32,000 nucleotides of DNA from Wallemia ichthyophaga EXF-994 (lineage: Eukaryota; Fungi; Basidiomycota). Shown here piece after piece: positions 22,986 through 32,000 of this stretch (position 1 is its first letter; every line of letters starts with the position of its first letter). Made by a program: the position numbers and the translations under genes. The DNA lies in NCBI RefSeq assembly GCF_000400465.1, contig NW_008806277.1, positions 521,254 to 553,253 of the forward strand, in the 5' to 3' direction. The notes beneath the pieces are model-generated. The model did no database searches, was not told where the DNA came from, and saw only the letters and a program-made list of their open reading frames with translations.

Positions 22986-24520
22986 ATGAGCAGTATCTAT
23001 AACTTAGAGCCATATACGAATGGGAAGGGTAGGCAGATTCTTAAGAATTTATTTAATTTCTAAAATCAGCGCTCAGTCCTCCTACAGACAACTGTTGGTG
23101 ATATCGAATTGGAATTATGGGGAAAAGAGTGTCCAAAAGCTGTTCGTAACTTTATCGCTCTTTCTTTAGAAGGTTACTACGATAATTGCATTTTCCATCG
23201 GGTCGTACCTGAGTTTATAGTTCAATCCGGTGATCCTACAGGCATTGGTACTCGCGGTGAATCGTTCTTTGGTGAACCTTTCGAAACTGAACCACACCAA
23301 CGTCTCCGTTTCAATAGAAGGGGTTTAGTTGGTATGGCACACTCTGTCGACCCAGACACAGCAGAACGCGACAATAGAGGCAGAATTCTGCGCACCAACA
23401 CCTCCCAATTCTTCATAACTATGGCAAGCACACCAGAACTCACTGGTACAAACACGTTATTCGGTAGAATTGTCGGTGATACCATCTTCAACGCTCTCAA
23501 AATTGGCTCTTACGAAACTGATTCGAATGAAAAACCCCTCTATCCACCCAAAATTAAGTCTATAAAGATCCTGATCAACCCTTTTGGCGATATCGTCCCT
23601 AGAATTACCCGTGCTGAGAGAATATCTCAAAGTAGAGCGAAAGAGGAGAGACAAAAAGAGCGCACAGAGGAAATGGCTAAACTTGGTCGAAAAAAAGCAA
23701 AGAAGAACACAAAACTGTTGAGTTTCGGCGAGGAGGAGGAGACTGACGAGCAACCAGTCCAGCCTAGCAAAATTAAATCATCTCATGATCTCCTAGACGA
23801 TAATACACTGCTAAAAGAGGATGATACTGGGCGAAGTGGGAAGGGTTATATTGAAAAAAGTGAGACTGAGGAAAAACAGTCGAGTAATCGGGACAAGAGC
23901 ATTGAAAATAAACCTAAAAAGACCCCTGATCTCTCTTCTATACGTAAACAATACACTGAAAACACAGACACGGAGTGGGTGCAAGTGACACATAGCCGAT
24001 GATCCCTTTAACATATTACAACAGCCTCAAAGAATCCATACGACACACAGAAGATGCCATACAATCTATTAAAGGTGGCAATAAGGGTGATGAAGGGAAA
24101 GCGACAAAGAAAGAACCCAACGATGACTACACGGCGATGTTGTCCTCGTACAAAAACAAAAACAAAAATGCAACCAAGGCGAACAAGAAGATCAATACAC
24201 TTGATCGCCTTAAGGCTTTCAAGGAGGGATTGAAGGGGGTGAGTGTGCAGGACGAACCAGGCGACAAGAAGGTTGAAGATAACGCTAACACACCAATTGA
24301 CGCACCTTACGACTATGACAAAGACGACGACGATGACCCTAATTGGATGAACCATCAACTCCACTCCTCGCAAACAGACCGGCTTCAGGACGACCAAGCT
24401 CGCAGGGCTGAGGTCGACTATGACGTCATCGATCCGCGTCAATTCAAGCGTGCACGGAAGCATGAGAATCCCAACAGTGACATACGCGGCCGGAGTGGAG
24501 GTGCGTATTCGAGGAGGTAG
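22986..24520 (+). CDS. CWC27: Spliceosomal cyclophilin Cwc27; 2 introns
   Basis: Spliced start MSSIYNLEPYTNGKVLLQTTVGDIELELWGKECPKAVRNF, then FHRVVPEFIVQSGDPTG, HQRLRFNRRGLV, KNTKLLSFGEEE, KIKSSHDLL, and C-terminal WMNHQL..DYDVIDPR. Confidence 0.92.
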
Positions 24521-24543
24521 AATGTGTATGTGAAGGGGTAGTG

Positions 24544-25188
24544 TTATGCATAATTTATTAAACTGATTGGCTCCGCTACGTATGAACAATGTCTTAACTC
24601 GACCTCCTCAAAAATATCTACATGCTTATGCTCTGCAAAAAACAAGTTCCTGAAAAGGGAGTAAGATGGTATATTTTTGTAGGATATTTTGACAGATAAA
24701 ATGCGCTCATTGTGTTCGTCTACATGGTGCTTGTAGTAGCTAAGCATAAGCATCATAGCTTCGCGTCCTATCCCCTTACCCCTGTAGTTTTTGTCGGCGA
24801 TCATCACTTCACATTCAGCGAGAGGAACATCATCATCGCCCATGTTGAGAAATATATTCACATCGCCAATTGGCTTCCCATGTCTTTCTCGCTCTTCACC
24901 TGGCAGTGTGTCGTAGTCACCCACACTACTATCCACAACTATAAACGCCAGCTTGTCGTCGTCTATGTGCCAGCTGCGCTGCATTGCATACTCGCCATCT
25001 AGAGATAGCGGCTCGGATGCTGTCAGCGTGCGCATTTCTTCGCTAGCCATCCACGCGTGGTAGCGCTGTACGTGTGCTGTTCTACAAAGTGGTTGAGACG
25101 GGACTTTCATGCCTGTGCCTTTCACTCACTTGTAAGGAACAAGCGACACTTTCTCACCCAGAACCACGGTATTAGAGTTGATTCTCAT
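24544..25188 (-). CDS. NAT9: GNAT N-acetyltransferase, NAT9-like; 1 intron
   Basis: Spliced start MRINSNTVVLGEKVSLVPYKTAHVQRYHAWM..LTASEPLSLDGEYAMQRSWHIDDDKLAFI, IGDVNIFL, and motif A EVMIADKNYRGKGIGREA. Confidence 0.88.
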
Positions 25189-25263
25189 CCGTTAACAATA
25201 TCATAAATACAATAATCCAGGGTAATAAATTCAATTTCTATTCAACTTGTATACAGTTTCTAT

Positions 25264-25999
25264 TCAAATGCTTACACTCGACATCCTCTCAGCGATCATA
25301 TTCACTGTAATAACTGGTATCCCCCATATCGCAGCGAAGGCCATGCAGTCGGTCAATCTGGCCATGTCACCGTGAGGGCTATGAGGGTTGACAATCTCGC
25401 ATAAAAGGCCAGCTGGTGGCAAATGAGCGAGTATTGCAAGATCTGTGGCACTCTCTGTGTGTCCCTGTCTATTCACAGTGCCGCCATCTACGCACCTCAG
25501 CGGAACCATATGACCAGGTCTGTTGAAATCATTCGCAGAGGCTCCACTACCAGGCGACAACATTCTCGCAGTAAGTGCTCTATCAGTGGCAGATATACCA
25601 GTAGAAACACCTTTGAGATAATCAACTGTGACCGTATATGCTGTCTTATGCTTCTCAGTGTTCTCACTACTCATCATACCTATTTGCAGCTCTGATAAAC
25701 GTGCTGATGGTAGCGATATGCAGATATAGCCACTGCGCGGTGATGAGAAGACTCAACGTCACAAACCTTACCCACCTCGTCCACTTGATCATCCAAGCCA
25801 TCTGCTCTGCTGTAACACCGCAAGCTGGTAGTACTAAATCACCCTCATTTTCCCTGTCTTGGTCATCCATCACAATCACGAATTCACCCCGCTTGTAAGC
25901 CTCTATAGCCTCATCTATACTATTAAACTGGGTTTTGGTCTTGTTTGGATGTGGTGGCTCTGTGAGAGCATTGAATTCACTTGAACTATTCCTCGCCAT
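25264..25999 (-). CDS. RIB3: 3,4-dihydroxy-2-butanone-4-phosphate synthase (riboflavin biosynthesis); 1 intron
   Basis: [15 protein letters not shown], spliced [44 protein letters not shown]. Confidence 0.95.
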
Positions 26000-26139
26000 C
26001 GTCGACGTATTACGATAACAACGCTACACAAATCAACTAAACAAAGACCATATAAATTTAGGAAATGGAGAAAATATTAAAAATTACAATCAGAGCGTTG
26101 ATAATAACTACTTAAACTGCGTCAGTGCGTCATAAATTA

Positions 26140-27993
26140 TTACTTTTGTATCCAATAAGCCGGTGAATCGTGAGAGAAGGAAGAATTTCCCGAAGAATTA
26201 TCCCAACCAGATCCATTAGTTCTTCTAAATGGTGATCCAAACCCTCCTGAAGACATGCCACCGCCTCTAGATGACATTCCTCTTCCTCCTCTAGATCCTC
26301 CTCTGCCTCTACCTCTTCCACCAAACACACTGGCTTGTTGCATACAACCCGCAAACCAATCAGGTATCTCCTGCTTAGCTTCTTTGAGAATCTCAGACAA
26401 GCTTCTAACGATATTAAGGTTGTTTTGATTGAAGAATGAGATAGCATGTCCTGTGTTACCAGCTCTACCTGTTCTACCAATTCTATGTACGTAGTCGTCA
26501 ATATCAGAAGGTAAATCGTAATTGACAACGAGTGAGACGTGAGGAATATCTAATCCACGTGCTGCGACGGCTGTGGCAACCATCATTGGGTTAGTACCCT
26601 TTTTGAATGTGCTCAATGCATACTCTCTTTCCCTCTGATCTCTATCACCGTGAATTGCTGTGGCTCTCAAACTGTTTTGTAATAAGAAGTCGCACAGAAT
26701 GTCTGCCATTCTCTTTGTTTCTACGAATATCAATGTTCTGTTGTTCCCATCAGGCTCCATGTGGCCTTCCAGTATATCAAGCAAAACGCTCTTCTTTTCA
26801 AAGTCCTCAGCCCATTCAACTGTCTGTGTAATGTTTTCTGAAGTACTACCGACTCTACCAACCGACAAGAAAACTTCATCCTTAAGGAAATCTCTCGCCA
26901 ACATCTGTATCTCTCTTGGGAATGTTGCTGAGAAGAGGAGTGTTTGACGATCATGCACAGTTGGCATATCGCATCCCTGCACAATCTTTCTGATTTGTGG
27001 CTCGAAACCCATATCCAACATTCTATCAGCTTCATCAAGAACCAAGTATTTTACGTTTGCTAAGCTAATTTTACCTCTGTCAATGAAATCGCAAAGTCTA
27101 CCTGGGGCAGCACTCAATAAATCGCAACCTCTATCTAATTGTCTCATTTGTTCGCCAGATGGAGCGCCACCATAAACGACAGCAGGCTTAACCCAAGATC
27201 TGTAAGCGAATTTCTTAGCTTCTTCGTGAATTTGATTTACGAGTTCTCTAGTAGGGGCAAGGATCAAAGCGGTTGGATAAACCTTAGTACCACCGTATTT
27301 TGGAGGGTTAGGAGGTTGAACTTGGGAAGGACCATTTGAGAAACATGCAGAGAGGATTGGGAAAAGGAAACCACCAGTTTTACCTGAACCAGTTTGAGCA
27401 CAGGCCATTAAATCCCTACCAGATCCGACGATTGGAACAGAGTATTTCTGAACAGGAGTGGGCGTAGTGTATCTAGCAAATCTGATGTTTTCAATCAGAT
27501 GAGGATCTATTGGAGGGTTTGTGAATTCGGTGATAGGGTCAGGAACACCGTGACCTTTAGCTTCTACTGGGATAGCAGCGTACTTTTCAAAGTTGATACC
27601 AGTGCTTGAGTTGAGAGGATCGCCTGGCTCACCAAAGAGATCAATTTCCATTTTGTCATTACGAGGAGCAGGAATGTGCTGACCGTCGATCCATTTACCG
27701 CCACCGCCAGGTCTACGATTGAGATTTGAGCCGAGAGAAGGCTTTGCTGGAGAAGGTCTGCCTGCAAAGCTAGCGTTTGAAGGGGATCTAGAGAAAGCGC
27801 CTGGCATAGGAGTGCTAGCACCGACAGCAGGAGGAACAGAAGGAGATCTTTCAACTGATCTCAAGTGCGGTGGAACGTATTTTCTAGGTTGATTTACAGC
27901 GCCTGCGCCATTCACATTTAGATTGGCTGTAATATTGAGTTAGTGAGGTGTTATATCCTGAATATTAAATTACTTGCACATTTTAGATTCCAT
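26140..27993 (-). CDS. DED1: DEAD-box RNA helicase Ded1/Dbp1 (DDX3 family)
   Basis: [16 protein letters not shown]-motif [56 protein letters not shown], and an RGG-rich tail. The ORF opens with GTG; the ATG at 27993 is reached via a predicted GC-AG intron. Confidence 0.93.
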
Positions 27994-28080
27994 TGTGGCC
28001 GTTTTGCGTAAAAAGAAGTGAAAATAATTTTTGAGTTGAGTATCTGTCTACAGGATACATAGAGTAATTTAATAAAATCA

Positions 28081-28968
28081 ATGAGAATTATAAATAGCGT
28101 TTGTAAGCAACTTAAGGAGGTTGCTTACACCCAGTCCAAACCACAGAAGCTTACTGCAAATCTCAATGATGCTTATGGCCAGTTTGAGTATACAGGCAAA
28201 GCAATTCTCAGCCCAAGAGATGAATTAAAGTATAGAATGGCAGTTTCTACAAGCGCATTTAGCCCGTCCACTTCAAACCAATTAGAAGGCCGCAAAGAAT
28301 GGCTCGAGAAGCAAAGAGAGTGGAGATACAGGCTACGCGGTATAAAGTACAATAAAGAAGACAACGTCAATTCTATCAAAGACGGCTCAATCACTTCCCT
28401 CTCGCAACAAAACGTTGTCGGTATCCCTGTCTTCCTCCCAAATATCTCATTCAGGCTGATGCGCAACCACACTCCACCAAATCAAGAATACAACCCTTAT
28501 TTGGCCACTTTTAGAATACCACGCTCTCTCACCAAGCAAGATATACGCTCTTATCTCCTCGCCGTGTATGGCGTTAAAAGTACGTGGATACACACAGACC
28601 TATACCAGCCACGCTTGATCAGAGGAATGACCATGCGTTGGAAGAGAAAGGGCAGAGGCGATGCTACTACCGGCAGAGGTTTTTACAAGAGAGCTTTGGT
28701 TGGCCTTGAAGAGCCTTTCTACTTCCCTGACGAGCCTGCTAGAGAGGAGTTAGAGAACAAGTATGCCTATAGTGAACGGGAATGGATGACCCGCAGAATG
28801 CTCATGGCTTTCTCAAAAGGCTGGAGATGGAGAGGTGTCAAGGAAACTGGCCAAAGAGGTGCCACGCAGCGACTTCCAAACGTGCTCACTGCCATCTCAA
28901 TGAGGAGGGCTGAACGCGAGCAAGCAATCTCCAATGAAGTTGAGAAGATTAAGCATTTGAGGTTGTAA
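28081..28968 (+). CDS. MRPL23: Mitochondrial ribosomal protein uL23m (Mrp20-like)
   Basis: Basic N-terminal extension, then VFLPNISFRLMRN..ATFRIPRSLTKQDIRSYLLAVYGVK..YKRALVGLEEPFYFP, matching the fungal uL23m pattern. Confidence 0.8.
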   Translation: MRIINSVCKQLKEVAYTQSKPQKLTANLNDAYGQFEYTGKAILSPRDELKYRMAVSTSAFSPSTSNQLEGRKEWLEKQREWRYRLRGIKYNKEDNVNSIKDGSITSLSQQNVVGIPVFLPNISFRLMRNHTPPNQEYNPYLATFRIPRSLTKQDIRSYLLAVYGVKSTWIHTDLYQPRLIRGMTMRWKRKGRGDATTGRGFYKRALVGLEEPFYFPDEPAREELENKYAYSEREWMTRRMLMAFSKGWRWRGVKETGQRGATQRLPNVLTAISMRRAEREQAISNEVEKIKHLRL

Positions 28969-29045
28969 ATATAATTGAGATTCATTTTCCACGTTATGTC
29001 ATCAGGTATCACTCCACTTGTGACGGCCATCACTCTGTTTGTTAA

Positions 29046-30591
29046 ATGACGAGCAGCAGCAGCAGTGATAAGAACAATTCGGTTACATCTCCACTGCCAT
29101 CTCCGTCTGCATTTATACAGCGTTTGAACAGCTACTCCAAGCATGGCTTCGATATCCCAGAGCATATCAGGGTCAAGTGGGTCCCAGTGGTATTTAATGC
29201 ATCCACTAATCTAAGCTAGATTCGCTCCAATGAGCGTTCCTCGGCATCGTAGGCTCCAAACTGCCGCTGTCGCTACCTGGGCACTCATCCTGCCAATATC
29301 TCTTTCATTGTTTTTAATTTGCGTGTGGGTCAACTCATTTACATCAGATAATTTATTCAAACATTTCCAGCTCTTTCCCCCCACTCTGGCCTCTACTCAT
29401 CCCTTATCTCATCTGGGCGTTTCTTTTCGATGACGCACCCGAAAACGGTGGAAGACCGAAGCACTGGTTTAGAGATAGCGCTGTGTGGAGATTCTTTGCC
29501 GAATACTATCCAGTCTCGTGCGTTGTTTTTTTATCAAAATCTAACACCTTCTTACGTCAACAGACTAGTCAAGGCGGGTTCTTCGTTGTGTGTCTAGCAT
29601 CACTCTAATATCGCTTCAGGAGGACGAGCTATCATCTGAAAAAGCTTACGTGTTCGGTTACCACCCTCATGGAATCATTGGCATGTGAATACACCGCTGG
29701 TTTCATTCACCTTCTAAACTCACATACTTTGCAGGGGAGCACTAGCAAACTTTGCTTCGAATGCAACAGGATTCTCATCGCTATTCCCAGGTATCACTCC
29801 ACATTTACTTACTCTCACAGCCAATTTTCAAGTACCTTTCTATCGAGATCTGCTGCAAGCCATGGGTATATGTAGTGTCACCAAGCGCAGTTGCGAGCAT
29901 ATTTTACGCAAAGGTCCAGGCAATGCTATCACAATCGTCGTTGGTGGCGCTGCTGAGAGTTTGAACGCACACCCAGGTACTTCCGACCTTATACTAAAAA
30001 AGAGATTGGGTTTCATCAAAATTGCCATACGAGAGGGGTGAGTGGGGGCTTTGTGGGGTGTGTAGGCTCTTTGACACCCTGTTGCAGTGCTGATCTCGTA
30101 CCTGTCTTCTCATTTGTAAGTGAATATTTTATAGCCGAGTGCTTCTTTGACAACTACACAGGGCGAAAATGACATATACCAGCAACTATCAACTGAAGAT
30201 GGAAGCAATGTCCATAAACTCCAAAAGTCCTTTCAAAGGATATTTGGATTCACTCTCCCACTGTTTCATGGAAGGGGCATCTTTAATTGTTCGTTAGCTT
30301 TGTTGTTTCTTGCAGCCGTACTTAACGTATCTCTCTAGACAACCTCGGTTTGATGCCATACAGACATCCGATTGTATCTGTCGTCGGAAGGGCTATCCAC
30401 GTCCAACAGACTGCAAACCCTTCGCAGGAAATGATGGAAGATGTGCAAGCAAGGTACATAGATGAGTTGATGAGGTGGGTTGGTGTCTTGTCTTCCTCTC
30501 GTGCATTTTAACTTTCAAACACAGAATATGGGACAAGTACAAAGATGTTTACGCTGCAAATCGTACGCGTGAACTCACTCTAGTTGATTGA
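29046..30591 (+). CDS. DGA1: Diacylglycerol O-acyltransferase type 2; 9 introns
   Basis: Reconstruction: KFAPMSVPRHRRLQTAAV, EYYPVSLVKEDEL..YVFGYHPHGIIG (HPHG active site), IVVGGAAESL, KKRLGFIKIAIREGADLVPVFSFGENDIY, GLMPYRHPIVSVVGRAI, ending ELTLVD* with the stop at 30589-30591. Confidence 0.93.
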
Positions 30592-30865
30592 TTGATCAAA
30601 CATACATGATCATTTTTGTTTGTTTACACGTGAATAACTCACGATAAGTTGCTCAAATATCTCGATGCTATTTCCTAATTTATTGCCAGATGCATAAGTC
30701 GTAGGGCCAATGTAAAGCTCTCAATTTGCTTACTTCAATCGAGTACACGTAAGTACACTTTAAGTGAGGTTAGGTGGAACATCGGAATGAAATGGAGATG
30801 TTACAAAAACGTAAGACAAAAATGACTTTCAAATTTTCACTATTGTTAAACTTTTGAAATGCTTC

Positions 30866-31438
30866 CTATTCCTCCACTTGATCAGTTTCAAGCTCTCCAA
30901 TCTTTTCCTGACGAGCGCAAATCTTATCAGCCGCATCAAGAGCATAGCTTGGTATGACCTTCTTCCATGCCTTGAAAAGATCAAGCGTCGCTGGATTTGG
31001 AACACCTCCAGCGCTAAAGATTATTAGGTTAAACAATAACGTTACTGTCTTCTCAAACTTGATCGCCTTATCGTGTGCTACAGACTGCAGTCCAACTTTG
31101 AGGAGAGCTTAGCCATCCATTGTTTGCCAGTCGCGAACTGCTCTCTGAAACTTGGGGGTTAAAGTATATGCACAGTGCACAGTGGCATCATGCTTCGACA
31201 TCGCATTACCAACTGACTTTAAATTTACTTGCAGATGCATCCGAAGGTCACGGGCGCTTGGCATTGGCACTCCAGTCTCCACCTCGGCAACAGCAGCACG
31301 GAAGAACTTTGCAAGTTAATTGAGGATAGCGTCGTGACGCTTTGTCTTGCAATGAACTCGTTGAAGACGGGTGTTGTCGTGTCCAGGGTCATTTATGCGC
31401 CCACACTGAGACGTCTCACGCGCCCCAAGGAAGAAAGT
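30866..31438 (-). mobile_element. Decayed 3' end of a non-LTR retrotransposon ORF (zinc knuckle plus restriction-like endonuclease), CRE/SLACS-like clade
   Basis: One frame read through two stops (31316-31318, 31109-31111): QCGRINDPGHDNT(R)..KRHDAILN*LAKFF..RDLRMH..KHDATV..AHDKAIKF..IIFSAGG..FKAW. The order CCHC remnant, RHD, PD-like, D-x-TV, KxxKY-like, FSAGG matches REL endonucleases. Confidence 0.75.
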
Positions 31439-31443
31439 CCGTA

Positions 31444-31718
31444 TGTTAGGTGACGAGCCCCGATCTCTCCCTGACTTGACGAGAAACTTTCGATTGCCTA
31501 ATGGCGCTCGCCTCTCTCTGTTGCAACTATGTCTCAGACACTATGGAATTCAGGCTGCTCACTTAGACCTTTTTTTAGTCAATCTTCAAGAAAGGTTAGT
31601 TTTCCGTGGCTATAAAACATGCACATTCCTTTCATTTGTACTCTCAACAGATTACATTCGTTTCTATCTTTACATCGCTGTACAAGCCATTCCTCAAGTA
31701 TAAGAAAGAAACCTAACA
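31444..31718. mobile_element. Solo-LTR-like (or MITE-like) element, 275 bp
   Basis: Begins TGTTAGGT (31444) and ends ACCTAACA (31711-31718), a perfect 8-bp inverted terminus with TG..CA ends. Internal TATAAAA at 31611. The same 14-bp start recurs at 31983. No target-site duplication. Confidence 0.6.
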
Positions 31719-31982
31719 TTTTGACCAAAGAGGACTTCAAGTTAGCTTCGTCATTTCATCAATCTTCTTTGTCGTATGGTGATTCAAGGTATTGCACCTG
31801 GCCGTTCAATGTTGTGCGCCAGTCGACTCATCCCACTTGCCAAGCCCTATGGTGGGGTGCGTCCTATTGCAGTTGGCGAGATATGCTACAGGGTGATGAT
31901 GAAGTTAATCATGCGTACCTACTACAAGTCTTCCTGCTGGTTGCCCTATCAGTTGGGGGTTAGATCGAGTGGGGGTGTAGAG
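31719..31982 (+). mobile_element. Non-LTR retrotransposon reverse-transcriptase fragment (N-terminal RT blocks), CRE-like
   Basis: HFINLLCRMVIQGIAPGRSMLCASRLIPLAKPYGGVRPIAVGEICYRVMMKLI..QLGVRSSGGVE, i.e. the LIPLxK-GGxRPIAVGE and QxGV..GG blocks. Truncated on both sides, with upstream stops. Confidence 0.8.
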
Positions 31983-32000
31983 TGTTAGGTGACGAGACCA
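31983..32000. repeat. Start of a second LTR-like copy, cut by the window edge
   Basis: TGTTAGGTGACGAG is identical to 31444-31457 (14 bp); 2 of the next 4 bases also match. Confidence 0.5.

Noticed and set aside
24008-24589. 193-aa minus-strand ORF overlapping the CWC27 3' exon and the NAT9 end
   Set aside because: Antisense shadow of a D/K-rich coding exon, giving a V/F/I-rich translation with no recognisable motif.
18741-28968. Three mitochondrial translation genes (SLM3, uL3m, uL23m) within 10 kb as a functional cluster
   Set aside because: They are interspersed with unrelated genes and belong to a large gene class; chance is adequate without synteny data.
30761-30780. TAAGTGAGGTTAGGTGG and other TTAGG/TTGGGGG words as telomeric repeats or a retroelement target site
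   Set aside because: There is no tandem array, the species' telomere unit is unknown, and the words near 31952-31980 are RT codons.
31443-31703. 86-aa ORF (and overlapping ORF 31619-31963) as a real gene
   Set aside because: Lies within the LTR-like element or out of frame with the RT fragment, and has no protein motifs.
1-32000. tRNA, rRNA, snoRNA genes or CRISPR arrays
   Set aside because: No cloverleaf with A/B boxes, rRNA-like sequence or repeat-spacer array was recognised by eye. tRNAscan-SE and Infernal would be needed to exclude small RNAs.

Overview
A very gene-dense eukaryotic window. Short (about 40-55 nt) GT-AG introns, intergenic gaps often under 100 bp and basidiomycete-type proteins suggest a compact basidiomycete such as Wallemia (inference). 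I reconstructed 17 spliced or unspliced housekeeping-type genes by hand: MSH4, an uncharacterised protein with a disordered N-terminus plus a basic domain and an Ig-like domain, SGS1, an LSB1/PIN3-like SH3 protein, an ADA2/ADGF-like deaminase, CCT4, CENP-C/MIF2, SLM3/MTU1, glutaminyl cyclase, mitochondrial uL3, a GRE2-like reductase, CWC27, NAT9, RIB3, DED1, mitochondrial uL23 and DGA1. After about 30.8 kb the sequence becomes a decayed transposon mosaic. It holds the endonuclease end of a CRE-like non-LTR retroelement (minus strand), a 275-bp solo-LTR-like element with 8-bp inverted termini, an RT fragment of the same type in the opposite orientation, and the start of a second LTR-like copy at the window edge. 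Exon boundaries come from reading frame and splice consensus only, and protein names come from motif recognition, not database searches. No rRNA, tRNA or CRISPR array was recognised. I cannot claim a definite new system. The best candidates for follow-up are the uncharacterised gene at 5275-7538, the altered CENP-C motif, the extreme gene packing and the retroelement chimera.
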